Program-made: the position numbers and the translations under genes
Shown here: positions 41,411 through 51,389 of the stretch, piece by piece
Layout: every line of letters starts with the position of its first letter
Numbering within the stretch: position 1 is the stretch's first letter
The notes under the pieces: model-generated
The model's database searches: none
What the model was told of the DNA's origin: nothing
Seen by the model: only the letters and a program-made list of their open reading frames with translations
Source: Candidatus Latescibacterota bacterium
GTDB lineage: Bacteria > Latescibacterota > UBA2968 > UBA8231
DNA: 64,000 nt
Reading direction: 5' to 3'
Assembly (NCBI GenBank): GCA_965243025.1
Contig: CBDETY010000003.1
Coordinates: 4,064,001-4,128,000, forward strand

Positions 41411-42220
41411 TTATTTGTCAGCGCTCGTGTGTATTTCACAGGCCCTCATGAACCTCGGCACGTCAGCGCAGTTCGTTGACCGACAGTGCATCAGGAGTGG
41501 ATGGCCGATCATGGCGTCACCGGGCTTCCCGGTCAACTCAATGATGCGGACGGGAAATCCATTAACATCAGTCGTTTGATCCATCAACCGGCTGACGCGA
41601 GTAATGGGGTTCTCGCTTGCTTGGGTCAGTTCCATGAGCCATGGATGAGTGCTGAAGAACCTTTTCTTGATTTTCCTGCCGTTCCGGGAAAACAAGCTCT
41701 TCTCTTGCGTACGGTAGAAGTGCCTTATCAACCGATGACTCCCGTCGGCTATGTGCGTTCCACCGCCGTGAGATCGGACCTCGGTAATGAACGAGAAATT
41801 CAAAAGCCCATCAAGCTTTTCTACGTTGCGGAAGCCCGAGTTGTGCCAGTGCCAATTCCGGCTGGCGACATTCCACTGTTCATCGAGGGCTTCGGGAAAC
41901 GAGAACACAAGACTGCCCCAGTCTCGGGGTTTCTCCCAACAACCCTTTTCCAACAGCTGATCAATTGCTGATACGAATTTCGCTGATACTGCATCGCGAA
42001 ATACGCGGGTAGATCGAACCGTACGGCTCAGCCCACCTGTCTGATTACGCTCCCAGGTGGCGAGGTCGTTCCGCATGATACCATGCCGTTCCAACCAACG
42101 CCAGACAATGTCCTCCATCTGCCGGCAGTCCACTGGATCAAATGCACCGGGAAAAATGATGTAGCCATGTGTCTCGAAGTGGTCGAGGTCATCCTGTGAG
42201 AGAACTTTTTCTTCTGCCAT
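41411..42220 (-). CDS. PhyH family dioxygenase
   Basis: FETHGY, WHWH, GGT.IADGSH, GDAMIGHP.LMH. Confidence 0.8.
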   Translation of the reverse strand: MAEEKVLSQDDLDHFETHGYIIFPGAFDPVDCRQMEDIVWRWLERHGIMRNDLATWERNQTGGLSRTVRSTRVFRDAVSAKFVSAIDQLLEKGCWEKPRDWGSLVFSFPEALDEQWNVASRNWHWHNSGFRNVEKLDGLLNFSFITEVRSHGGGTHIADGSHRLIRHFYRTQEKSLFSRNGRKIKKRFFSTHPWLMELTQASENPITRVSRLMDQTTDVNGFPVRIIELTGKPGDAMIGHPLLMHCRSTNCADVPRFMRACEIHTSADK

Positions 42221-42269
42221 TATACTTGGTGGAGGCAAGATTACATCCAGCGGTAGTTATTCCATTTCA

Positions 42270-42356
42270 GGTAAACATTTCGCCGGTTTTCAAATCTGCG
42301 AATCGGGTTGCCGAAGACCATGGAGCGTACCTACGTAGCGCAATTCGCTGTTGGAC
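42270..42356. repeat. attC-like site (degenerate)
   Basis: GGTAAACATTTCGCCGGTTT..GGTTGCCGAAG..CGTAGCGCAA..GTTGGAC. Confidence 0.6.
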
Positions 42357-42382
42357 GACGTGGGGAAAAATTCGTGACAAGG

Positions 42383-42925
42383 CTAGTTCAAAAGTAGTGT
42401 GCCCGGGACTCGAAGAATCTCGCACTTTTTGAACGTACCTTTGTCGTATGTCAATCTTACCCCTTCGCAATAGTTACATGAAGGTCCCCAAGTTTCATGG
42501 TCCGCACCGGGCACGCAACGAACTGCACTGGCTTCGATAAAACCCCCATGAGAAACCAACAGTGCTCGGCCGCCTTCCTGGAGCGACCGGGCTACGTCGA
42601 GGTGGAACTCGGCCAGTTGGTCCGCCAGATTTGCCACAACGCTGCCTGGGTATTGACGGATATAAGAAGAAAAGTCCCCAAATCCTGCGTCGAAGAAAAC
42701 CTCCACATCTTGGGGCATGGAAGCGAGCAGTTCGACCTGTTGGTCGACCGCAAATCCCATGGCAATGCTGGTTTCAAATGCGCGAGGGGCGGTACTCGTG
42801 TAGACCATGTCGAATGCGGTCATCTCCTCTCCAACTCGCCTGGCAAGATTAACCCCGTCTTGAGAAAGATGCTGTCCCGGTTTCCCCCTCATTGAGTGTC
42901 GTCGATGTTCAATGAATCTCCCCAT
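42383..42925 (-). CDS. Histidine phosphatase family protein
   Basis: RRHS, TS...RAFET, LLVSHGG. Confidence 0.8.
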   Translation of the reverse strand: MGRFIEHRRHSMRGKPGQHLSQDGVNLARRVGEEMTAFDMVYTSTAPRAFETSIAMGFAVDQQVELLASMPQDVEVFFDAGFGDFSSYIRQYPGSVVANLADQLAEFHLDVARSLQEGGRALLVSHGGFIEASAVRCVPGADHETWGPSCNYCEGVRLTYDKGTFKKCEILRVPGTLLLN

Positions 42926-42936
42926 TCAGAGTTACC

Positions 42937-43344
42937 TCAGTCGGTTAAATGGTTCTCGTCCATGTCGCCTAACGTCTCCCGGTCTGCGACCCGCGCAGCC
43001 GGTTGCCGAAGGCCAACCGTGACCTTGTCGGCCTTCGCCGCCTCTCCTTGCAAACCTGGCGTATGGAGGACAAAGTGGTAATGGTCCTCGGAACAGGACA
43101 AGAACGTGTGCACCTCCCGCGGTTCGATGATGACGCCCGATTTCTCGGCAAAGTATAACTCCTCACCTTCGACAAGCATTGTGGCGTCGCCCTGCGCAAA
43201 CAGATAGATCTCGGTGGTAGTTTTATGGGAATGGGGTTCATTTATGGCGATGTTCGCATAACCGATCGAAATGTTAAGGTCTGAGTCCCAAGGCCCTACA
43301 AACCAGCCCTTGTCCATGTTTGTATCCGGCTCAATGATTCTCAC
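42937..43344 (-). CDS. Cupin protein, copy 2 (stop lost, reads into half attC)
   Basis: Near-identical to 51390-51725; HSH...TEIY, EP.EVH. Confidence 0.75.
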   Translation of the reverse strand: MRIIEPDTNMDKGWFVGPWDSDLNISIGYANIAINEPHSHKTTTEIYLFAQGDATMLVEGEELYFAEKSGVIIEPREVHTFLSCSEDHYHFVLHTPGLQGEAAKADKVTVGLRQPAARVADRETLGDMDENHLTD

Positions 43345-43373
43345 TAATTTTGCCCTCCAGCTCGTTGCATTTC

Positions 43374-43455
43374 GAATAGGTTTCGCCATGCACCAAGCGG
43401 CGAACCAGTTGGTGAAAACGCGCCAGCGCAAAAGCCGGACACGGACGTGTTATAT
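43374..43455. repeat. attC-like site
   Basis: GAATAGGTTTCGCC...CGGACAC..GTTATAT. Confidence 0.65.
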
Positions 43456-43479
43456 GTCGTGCCTCCGTCGCACCGAGGA

Positions 43480-44082
43480 TCACTTGCTCTCCTTCAGTCG
43501 ATGCAAATGGGAGGCATTGTTGTATTGGACAAGGGTCCAGATTCCGTCGGCCAGAGACCATTCCGTAATGCCTGTATTCAAAGGATCCAGCCAGACCTTG
43601 GTCCCGGTTCCTGAAAAAAGCATTTTCGTTGAGCCGACGATGAATCCGCCATGAGTCACTGCTACTACTGTCTGTCCGTTGAATCGCTCCGAGTAGGACA
43701 ACAACGTCGATCGTGCTCTGTCAAACAGCTCCTGGAAGGTTTCGGCGCCCGGAGGCGGGGAATCTCCGTACTTTGCCTGGATCCCGGAGGTGGTGAGACC
43801 CTCGGCTTGTCCCAGTCGCAGCTCACAAAGATCTGGATCCTCGGTTACGCATTGGGCCGGCAGTACATCCAACAGGATCTTTGCGGTCTGACGCGCCCGT
43901 GCAATAGTGCTGCTGAGCAGTGTTTCACAATCGGAGAATTCACCTGATTCTCGGATATGTGTCGCAAGCGCATAAACTTGCTCCCTGCCCAAGTCCGTGA
44001 GGCCCGAGCACGTGCGCTCACCGGAGTTCGTCTCGGTAAGCTGGTCCTTGCTTTGTCCGTGCCTGACGAGTACCAGTCGCAT
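43480..44082 (-). CDS. Histidine phosphatase family protein
   Basis: LVLVRHGQ, RARQTA, VAVTHGG, NTGIT. Confidence 0.9.
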   Translation of the reverse strand: MRLVLVRHGQSKDQLTETNSGERTCSGLTDLGREQVYALATHIRESGEFSDCETLLSSTIARARQTAKILLDVLPAQCVTEDPDLCELRLGQAEGLTTSGIQAKYGDSPPPGAETFQELFDRARSTLLSYSERFNGQTVVAVTHGGFIVGSTKMLFSGTGTKVWLDPLNTGITEWSLADGIWTLVQYNNASHLHRLKESK

Positions 44083-44271
44083 TGGATGCCAGTGTCCCCT
44101 CGCAGAGATAGAGATTCGAGAAAATCCGTTCCGTGAGTGGGCCCCATTCCGATTGAGAAGGCGGAAGGCGACCCTCTTAAGGATGTAGCCGACGCCGAAG
44201 GCCGCTTGGCCAAGAGTGCCGTACCTGCCTGTGCCAGTTTGAGAATCGGCATAGAACAGCGACAGCCTCCC

Positions 44272-45369
44272 TCACGGCGTCTCCAGAATCTTGAGCGCGG
44301 CCTCGATCTGCGCCACGGCGTCACGGTCGGCCTTCAACGCCTGGGCGATGAGGGAGCGGATTTCGACGCGCTGCCGGGGGGTGAAAATCTGGGGCTCGTG
44401 CTTTGTGGCAGCAACGCACAAGTCGAAGATTGAGGTGATGGATTCGACCTCTCGGTCATAGTGAGCGGCTGCTGCTTCCAGCGGTTCGGCGGCGGCCGGA
44501 TAGACACCGGCAAGCTCCCGCAAGTAGGCGGCCGCGGCTTCCCTTCGCTGTTTCAGGGTTTCTGTGTGCAGGAACGTGGCATTCAGCTTTACGTCAGATT
44601 CGAACGCTTCCTGCCAGAGCTCGTAGGCGGCGAATCCGTAGGGTTTTTTCAGGCGGTCGTGGCGAGTTCCGTTCGCGAAGGCGACGGCATTGCGGAGCGA
44701 GGTGAGGTGAAGCGCGTTGTCGTCAAGGTCTTTCCGCTCGAAGATGCCGACGCGGAACCAATCGCTCGGGTCCCCGAACCCGATGGCGTCAAAGCGGACC
44801 GGGTAGTCGAGCTTCTCGGCCGGTTGGCGGATCAGATAGGTTTGACCTCCTGGGTTGTAGCCGACGATCAGTCCCCAGCATGCGAATCGGACCTTACCCC
44901 TCTGCTCCAGGCTCAGCGGAGCCCAGACGAGGCTGGGGAGTCCGTCCTCCAGGCTGGCGACGACTGCGTCTCGTGCTTCGGCCTTGAGCGCAGGGAGATC
45001 AACGTCCGAGTTCTTGTCCGCATCATAGACTTTCGCCTGACCAAAGATGTCGAGGACGTGCATGGCCAGGCCCCAATCGAGATCGTCGTCGAAGACCTTC
45101 CCGCCCCCTTCCTGCATCCGGAAGTAGAAGGCGTATCCCGTCAGCGCTTCCAGTCGAGGGATCGACCAGCCCTGTTGCCCGAGAGCCGGCAGCAGTGCGT
45201 ACATCGCGCAGACGAGGGTGGAACGGGAATCCTTGTTCATGACCGGCATCTCGACGTCTGGCAGGACGGTTCGGGACACGGCTCCCTCCGGGGGTTCTTC
45301 TCGTTCGTGGGCGAGGATGGGCGAGAGGAGGAGGATTGAGGCGCCTATGATGGATGTCAGGGTTTTCAT
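44272..45369 (-). CDS. Exported hypothetical protein
   Basis: Signal peptide; WGLIVGY and GFAAYELW motifs; GC-rich codon usage. Confidence 0.65.
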   Translation of the reverse strand: MKTLTSIIGASILLLSPILAHEREEPPEGAVSRTVLPDVEMPVMNKDSRSTLVCAMYALLPALGQQGWSIPRLEALTGYAFYFRMQEGGGKVFDDDLDWGLAMHVLDIFGQAKVYDADKNSDVDLPALKAEARDAVVASLEDGLPSLVWAPLSLEQRGKVRFACWGLIVGYNPGGQTYLIRQPAEKLDYPVRFDAIGFGDPSDWFRVGIFERKDLDDNALHLTSLRNAVAFANGTRHDRLKKPYGFAAYELWQEAFESDVKLNATFLHTETLKQRREAAAAYLRELAGVYPAAAEPLEAAAAHYDREVESITSIFDLCVAATKHEPQIFTPRQRVEIRSLIAQALKADRDAVAQIEAALKILETP

Positions 45370-45398
45370 GGGTCTCTCTTTGTGGGCACTGCCATGGC

Positions 45399-45478
45399 AG
45401 GTAATGTTTGTGCCCCCCGCACCGCGAAGTGGTTGGGCGAAGGGCCGAATGGTTCAAAGACGGGGCACGATGTCAACC
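45399..45478. repeat. attC-like site, close homolog of 51755-51833
   Basis: Shared GGTTGGGCGAAGGGCCGAATGG core and GTGCCCC/GGGGCAC arms. Confidence 0.85.
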
Positions 45479-45546
45479 GCTGCTTTGTCCTCGGGTAACG
45501 AACGGATCGCGATTCAACCGCGACATTACTACGATTTCCCCCTTGT

Positions 45547-45631
45547 GGTTAACGTTCCCGCTGTGCACGAACTGTCGCAGGCAGTTGGGCGAAGGCCGAA
45601 TTGACCGAAACCGCACACGGGCTTGTTGTCG
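45547..45631. repeat. attC-like site
   Basis: GGTTAACGTTCCCGCTGTGC..TTGGGCGAAGG..GCACACGGG..GTTGTCG. Confidence 0.8.
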
Positions 45632-45722
45632 GCTGCCGCTTCGGGGTATTTCAGTCACGTTCGGTCCTTCAGATTACGGCGGCATCAGAGCGTACACCAT
45701 AGACCAAGTGTCTCTCCTGTTC

Positions 45723-46235
45723 TTACTCGTTCAATAGGCCGGCAGCAATGAGGGCACGATGGTGCAGCGGTAGAAAAACGTCAGATTCAAACTCCGAAAG
45801 AATTCGTTCAGGCTGAACCAGTTTGCGTGCCAGGGTTTCGTGTTCGGGAGCCCACTCATTGAGCTCGACTTTCGCCAGCCAGATGGAGCGAACCAGCACC
45901 AGCCCCTTTTCGTGTCCCCTGATGCATTCTCCGCGCGAGAACCCCAGTAGCTTTGCCTCTCTGACCTCGACGCATGCTTCCTCTCTCATCTCCCGCCGCA
46001 GGGTTTCTTCCCAAGACTCACTTCCTTCCGGTCTGCCTGCCGGGAATCCCCACGTTTCCCCATCTTGCGTAGCCAGCACAACTTCGCCGTTGCCTGTCAG
46101 GCAAATACCACCAGAACCGTGGCGTTGTCCTTCTGGCACATCGTGAGGAGGAAACCAAGTGACGCGAACATCCTGTCCACCCGTTTCTACCTGAAATGCT
46201 TCGTATTCGATAGCTGGTCTCGGTGCCTCAGACAT
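45723..46235 (-). CDS. NUDIX hydrolase
   Basis: PAGRPE..ESWEETLRREMREE. Confidence 0.85.
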   Translation of the reverse strand: MSEAPRPAIEYEAFQVETGGQDVRVTWFPPHDVPEGQRHGSGGICLTGNGEVVLATQDGETWGFPAGRPEGSESWEETLRREMREEACVEVREAKLLGFSRGECIRGHEKGLVLVRSIWLAKVELNEWAPEHETLARKLVQPERILSEFESDVFLPLHHRALIAAGLLNE

Positions 46236-46388
46236 CCCGTGCCTTTCCTCAGAAAGTGGTACTCCTCGGTCCTGTATGAAAATAGCACGGATCAAACCAG
46301 GATGTGTGAGCGTATCAGCTGACCCTGACCCAAGCTGCCGAAGCCGGCGCGGTGACAACAGGTTGTCAAGCGACAAATGAATCCCTTA

Positions 46389-47693
46389 TTACCCACCAAC
46401 CATAGAGATCTCGGTTCGGAGCACGCGAAGGCCGGCTTCCAAGATGCGGTCTGTGTCGCCTCGGTTTTCGCCCCCAAGCGTCAGATCGACCACGACATCG
46501 GGCACATAACCCGTTCGAGAGATGGGTTGGAATGCGCCCTCCTTCAGCACGCCATTCTGAATCTTCTCTCCGGTAATTTGAAACCCCAAATTCGTACCCG
46601 GCATCTGCCGCCAAAACACGCCGCCTTCCAGACCTGCCATCTTGAGACCAACCGTTCGCGCCCTACCGAGTGCGCTCAGACTGATCGCCAGCCCCTCACC
46701 CGCGCTGCCTGTCCAGGGTCCGACCAGAACCACAAGAGGATTAAGATACTGGAACGCCCCCCGGGGCTCGACGTAACTGAAGCGATATCGGCCAGAGCGG
46801 TCTTGTGTCTTTTGGTAAGCGGCCTTTGAATCAAGAAAACGACCGGCAATACGTTCAAGAACCGCCGTGTTGCCGCCGCCAACTCGCCTGAGATCGATTA
46901 TGAGACCCCCGGCCGCGCCAAGTTCCTCAAGAGTCGAATCGAAAACTCCTACTACCGAGTCATCGCCCAGAGAATCGTTGAATCTGATGTAGCCGACGCC
47001 ACCTGGGAGCCATCTGCTATCGAGTTGGGTCGCATGCTGATGACTGTAGATACGGTCGAAAGTGCCAGATTTAACCGCAAAGACAAGCTCCTGAGCTTCT
47101 CGCTGGACCCTGACCTGCCTGTCGATGCCTCGGTATCCCGCGAGAACCCTGTTCAACGCCAAATTGCGCATTCCAGATGTTATTTCTACCGCTGCTACCG
47201 GTAGTCGAGAATCTACCAGCTCTTCGATTGGCGTGTTGCCGAGGTCAATCACGATGTCGCCTGGCCGCAGGCCACTCGTGTCTGCCGCAAATCCTGCCCG
47301 TACCGCCTTGATTACTGCCCGCCCCGCCTCCCAACGAGCATGCAAATCTGATCGAGCCGGTACGATTCGCGGGGAGGTCGATGTGTTGGCCGTGAGGTGG
47401 ACGTGGTTGTCGCACAGCTCCTCCAAGACCCGTTCGACAACCGCCATGAAGGAATCAAGCGTAGCGGCAGTTTCAACCTGACGGAAGTAGTGCCCCCTGA
47501 CCTTCTGCCAATCTACGGGTACGTCCTCGAAATAGGCATACTCGTTGCTGAAGGAATCCAAAAGGAACTCGAAATCCTCGACGAAGTCAGCTTTGGAGAA
47601 CTCCTGATTTCCTTCGCTCAATCTCGGCACAGCTACCAGAAGGCCTGCGATCAAACTCCCAAGTGTCCAAATTGTGCACGAAGTCGGTCCCAC
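46389..47693 (-). CDS. S41 family peptidase
   Basis: DNH, VGYIRF, LIIDLR..GGGN, TGSAGE, PDVVV. Confidence 0.88.
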   Translation of the reverse strand: MGPTSCTIWTLGSLIAGLLVAVPRLSEGNQEFSKADFVEDFEFLLDSFSNEYAYFEDVPVDWQKVRGHYFRQVETAATLDSFMAVVERVLEELCDNHVHLTANTSTSPRIVPARSDLHARWEAGRAVIKAVRAGFAADTSGLRPGDIVIDLGNTPIEELVDSRLPVAAVEITSGMRNLALNRVLAGYRGIDRQVRVQREAQELVFAVKSGTFDRIYSHQHATQLDSRWLPGGVGYIRFNDSLGDDSVVGVFDSTLEELGAAGGLIIDLRRVGGGNTAVLERIAGRFLDSKAAYQKTQDRSGRYRFSYVEPRGAFQYLNPLVVLVGPWTGSAGEGLAISLSALGRARTVGLKMAGLEGGVFWRQMPGTNLGFQITGEKIQNGVLKEGAFQPISRTGYVPDVVVDLTLGGENRGDTDRILEAGLRVLRTEISMVGG

Positions 47694-47698
47694 TTTTT

Positions 47699-47792
47699 GC
47701 TTGATGTTTCGCCGGTTTGCGAACCTGCCGAAGCGGGCGCAGGTTGGGGCCGAGGCGCGAATGCGCCGGAGCCGCTGCCGGGCGTGTCAGGC
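47699..47792. repeat. attC-like site (degenerate)
   Basis: GTTTCGCCGGTTTGCGAAC resembles left arm of 55249 site; ends GTCAGGC. Confidence 0.65.
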
Positions 47793-47810
47793 GAAGCGGA
47801 ACTGATCGAA

Positions 47811-48563
47811 CTAGCGAAGTGCTGAAATGACGTCTGGCAGCTCTGCAAGCGAACTCACTGACAAATCAAAACGGCTTGGTTCACTATGCCCAACTTTGAC
47901 AGTCTTGAGACCGGCTTTGCGAGCTGAAGCAAGAGCAACTTCGCCATCGTCAACTACAATTACATTTGAGAGCTTCGCCCCCACGGCTTCAACAATCGCC
48001 GGATAGAACCGTTCATGGCCTTTCTGGAAGCCGATCAGATCTGACCCAAAAGGCTTTCCGATCAGGTTCCGCACTCCTAATCTGGGCAGGACGGTCTCAA
48101 TGATCCAAGCAGGATTCCCCGACGCCATGTGGATTTCAAAGTCATCGGAAAGCCTCTTTATAGCACCTGAGCTCCCCGGACAGATAGCTTCTGTATTCTC
48201 ATATAAATGTGTCAACGCCCGTTCTGCGACATCCACCCGCTCCTCAAAAGTTCGCGGTGCCTCGACCCCAACTATCCTGCAAAGCTCGACTATCCACTGG
48301 GCGTTGAGGCGGTCCCACCATCGAGCAAGATTTAAGCGACGCAGACCTCGGTCTTCTTTGTACTCCACAGATGCCTGCTTCCACACCTCTAACCAGACTT
48401 TTCGCTGATACAGAGCCCAGGCATGGCGATTGCCACCAAGCAGGGGAGTAAATGCGGACCCGGCCAATCGGGCAGACTCCGAGTCCCACTGTTCCTCATC
48501 CAGGATCACGCCGTCAAGGTCGAGGAGCAAGAAGTTGCGATTGGCCGGAGACATTGAGATCAT
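47811..48563 (-). CDS. HAD-family hydrolase
   Basis: LLDLDGVI, ASG, VVDD. Confidence 0.8.
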   Translation of the reverse strand: MISMSPANRNFLLLDLDGVILDEEQWDSESARLAGSAFTPLLGGNRHAWALYQRKVWLEVWKQASVEYKEDRGLRRLNLARWWDRLNAQWIVELCRIVGVEAPRTFEERVDVAERALTHLYENTEAICPGSSGAIKRLSDDFEIHMASGNPAWIIETVLPRLGVRNLIGKPFGSDLIGFQKGHERFYPAIVEAVGAKLSNVIVVDDGEVALASARKAGLKTVKVGHSEPSRFDLSVSSLAELPDVISALR

Positions 48564-48617
48564 CAGGAGAGTTTGAATGGATGGCCGACCAGTTGGGCAA
48601 GAGTGCTCTCTGGCACG

Positions 48618-49439
48618 TCACTCTCCATCAGCGTTCGATGGCGACCGATGTTGGGCAAACAGCCAGCCCAGCAACCCTGGGGTATCGAACGCCAGGGGCC
48701 AGACCACATGGCCCGCTTCCGAAAATTCCGTGTATCTCGGGGCACTTCCCACTTCTTGCAGGGCCTTGATCATTGCGCGGGAGTTCGCGACGCGATAGCC
48801 GGTGTCCTTTGCGCCTTGGAAGGACCAGACCGGCACATGCGAAAGAGTAGCCGCCTGTTCGGGCAAGCCCTTCCCACACACTGGAATGGCCGCGGCAAAG
48901 GCGTTGGGCCGTGCAGCCATCAGCTCCCACGTACCTCCGCCCCCCATTGACTGACCCGTCACATAGACACGATCTGGATCGACCGGGAATTCGCTCAGCA
49001 CTTGATCAATGAGACCGAGTACGCGTCCACCCACCCCTTCTGACACGCGCCAGCTCGTCTCTGGGGGGCACTGGGGGACGAGAAGAAAACTGGGATAGGC
49101 CGTGCGGTTGGCCTCAGTGGCGAGAATCTGGGCCGCCCAGCAACCCCGGATCTGTTGCACATTGTCCATGCCCCGGCCTCCGGATCCCGACAGGCAGACA
49201 ACCAGAGGATATGATCTTTGGGGGACGTGATCCAGGGGCTTTAGGAGCCGGTAGAGCAGGGAATCACCCGAGGCAGTACGGTAAGTACGAGGTTCGAATT
49301 GTTGGGCTAATTCGGCAGCGTATTCGCCCCCGGCCTTGTGGCGTTCTTCAGCGGATGGTCCATCGGATGCCCTACCTGAGTGCACGTGCCCGAAGACCAG
49401 GGGCACCGCCAAGATCCCGAGGACATATTTGTTTGTCAT
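48618..49439 (-). CDS. Exported esterase/peptidase (alpha/beta hydrolase)
   Basis: YPLVV.L.G.G.RG, RVYVTGQSMGG, GAKD, GH.VW. Confidence 0.85.
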   Translation of the reverse strand: MTNKYVLGILAVPLVFGHVHSGRASDGPSAEERHKAGGEYAAELAQQFEPRTYRTASGDSLLYRLLKPLDHVPQRSYPLVVCLSGSGGRGMDNVQQIRGCWAAQILATEANRTAYPSFLLVPQCPPETSWRVSEGVGGRVLGLIDQVLSEFPVDPDRVYVTGQSMGGGGTWELMAARPNAFAAAIPVCGKGLPEQAATLSHVPVWSFQGAKDTGYRVANSRAMIKALQEVGSAPRYTEFSEAGHVVWPLAFDTPGLLGWLFAQHRSPSNADGE

Positions 49440-49531
49440 AAGGGATTACAGGACAGTAGCGGGAACTGCAGTGTCTTAATCGTGAGCATTGCACAGTCAA
49501 TCTGAATAGACAGGCTCATTCTTTGCCATGT

Positions 49532-49619
49532 CTATATAGTTCTCGCCGTGCTCAAGCTGACGTAGCCAGTTACGGCGAAGGCGTCTCCGCGCCGTAGCCG
49601 GGCACCGTACGCGTTATAT
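49532..49619. repeat. attC-like site, left box degenerate
   Basis: TCTCGCCGTGCTC..GGCGAAGGCG..CGTAGCCGGGCAC..GTTATAT. Confidence 0.65.
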
Positions 49620-49704
49620 GAAGGCGATGATTTACCCTCTATGTTTCAAGGGCGACCCTTAAGAGAATTCGACCTAACCTCCATCGAATTCTCTGAGATC
49701 GAGT

Positions 49705-50502
49705 CTATTGCTCCCCTTCCTCCCGCTTTAGCATATAGACTGTGAACTCTCCGATTAATCGAAACCCGATATGTGTGGCCAATCGTTCAGATACTGTGTT
49801 TCCTGGCCATGTATGCCAAGTTGGTTCCAATCTTGCGGCGAGACAACCCTCAATGTATGCGGCAGTTACTTGCGTGGCATATCCCTTGCGGCGGAATGGC
49901 TCGCCCGTCCTCAGTTGAGGATCCGCCCAACCTGCGCCGACGAGAGCTGTGAAGCAAAAACTGGCAAGGTTATCCCCCTCAAAGAGGCCGTAGCCCAGAC
50001 CCTCTCTACAGAAATGCTCTACTGAGTCGAAATACCAGAGAATCCCCGACTCCGAATCTTGATCAATTAAGTCGGCAAGTGACTCATTGATGCGCTCTAT
50101 CCTACAACCGGGCGCCAGTTTCGTCGGGGTAGACATCTTTTTGTATGAGTTTTCGTCGAACCGGTAGGATAACATCTGGTATGGCTCGGACGAATCTCTC
50201 ATGAATGTCCTCAGGCGATCCTGCCAATATCCAGCCGTCCCACATAGGTGAAGCACGTCATTGTCGATCTTATCAAACAGTTCTCGCTCCAATTCATCTG
50301 AGAAGGACTCATTTTCACCTCCCACATAGGAGTATCCTGTGGAATGACAGACGACCGTAGCGCGGGGTGCTATTGCGTCGTCAACGAAAATCCTACCGAT
50401 CTGCTTCTGCTCGATCACGCTGTGTGGTAGCGAAGGCCACATTTCGATTCCCTCAAACAGAGGAGCAACCCGCTGAAAATTAGCCGGGGTGAGTTCGATC
50501 AA
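49705..50502 (-). CDS. GNAT acetyltransferase (GNAT_2-like)
   Basis: GLGYG, FRRKGYA, P.W...N..S..LA..IGF. Confidence 0.85.
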   Translation of the reverse strand: MIELTPANFQRVAPLFEGIEMWPSLPHSVIEQKQIGRIFVDDAIAPRATVVCHSTGYSYVGGENESFSDELERELFDKIDNDVLHLCGTAGYWQDRLRTFMRDSSEPYQMLSYRFDENSYKKMSTPTKLAPGCRIERINESLADLIDQDSESGILWYFDSVEHFCREGLGYGLFEGDNLASFCFTALVGAGWADPQLRTGEPFRRKGYATQVTAAYIEGCLAARLEPTWHTWPGNTVSERLATHIGFRLIGEFTVYMLKREEGEQ

Positions 50503-50575
50503 TTTTTTTGCCCGTTAGGGTCAAGGAGGGTAAACGCCGCAGCGGGAATGGACGTGTCAGCAAACCGTTTCAGAT

Positions 50576-51250
50576 TCACCCAATGATAAGCGAATTGGGG
50601 GAAGATGCCGGGAGACCTGCGTCGAACCGCCGATAACCAAACCTCTCAAAGGTCTCTGATTCGTACGCCCAGACAACCTTCTCCTCGTCTTCATTGAAAT
50701 GGTCAAAGAACGTCCCCGGCGGCCGGATTCCTCGCTCAAGTGCACGTGGGTACTCCGGCGCGTCGTCGCTGACGAATGGCAACTCTTTGAGGCACTGCGG
50801 AAGACGCTCGTATAATAGCACCTGTGTTACACCTGCGGCCTTGCAATAATACCACTGATTCATCACACTCTCTGGGCAATCGCCACCCCCAAGTTGTGTC
50901 CCGTCCTTCTCAAGCGTGTAGCCCCGAATCCGTTCCTCCAGGGACTCCGGGTGCTCCTTCGGAAGCTCGACTTGCTCTCTCAGACTTTCGTGTGGCTCAC
51001 GGTCTCCCAAGCTTTCGTATTTCCCTTTTCCCCCCCAAGGAATAGCGAACGCTCCACTCGTGTGCCGGTCATAGGGATTCCGAACGATGGTGAAGATCAG
51101 GTAACCTCTAGCCTCTTCCGGAACGACCATGTCGTGGTGCCCCCCCACGGTTTGCCCCTGGTAGTGAGTGCAGAGCCAACGAATCATCGACTTCGAACTG
51201 GTCCTGGGGATGCCGATGTAGGCATATCTGAGGAAATGAGAAAGGACCAT
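50576..51250 (-). CDS. Sulfotransferase-like protein
   Basis: IPRTSSKS, FTIVRNPYDR, FERFGY. Confidence 0.7.
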   Translation of the reverse strand: MVLSHFLRYAYIGIPRTSSKSMIRWLCTHYQGQTVGGHHDMVVPEEARGYLIFTIVRNPYDRHTSGAFAIPWGGKGKYESLGDREPHESLREQVELPKEHPESLEERIRGYTLEKDGTQLGGGDCPESVMNQWYYCKAAGVTQVLLYERLPQCLKELPFVSDDAPEYPRALERGIRPPGTFFDHFNEDEEKVVWAYESETFERFGYRRFDAGLPASSPNSLIIG

Positions 51251-51281
51251 ATATCGCCTCCACTGCCAATGCTTGAATGTC

Positions 51282-51378
51282 TGCTGCCGTTTATCGGTTT
51301 GCGGACCCCGAGTTTGGCGAGGGGTTGCCGAAGGCCAAAGCCCCAAAAGCCCCGCAGAGCAGCACCGTGATGTTATTC
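51282..51378. repeat. attC-like site
   Basis: CGTTTATCGGTTTGCGG..GGTTGCCGAAGGCC..CCGCAG..GTTATTC. Confidence 0.75.
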
Positions 51379-51389
51379 GATGTGATCAA

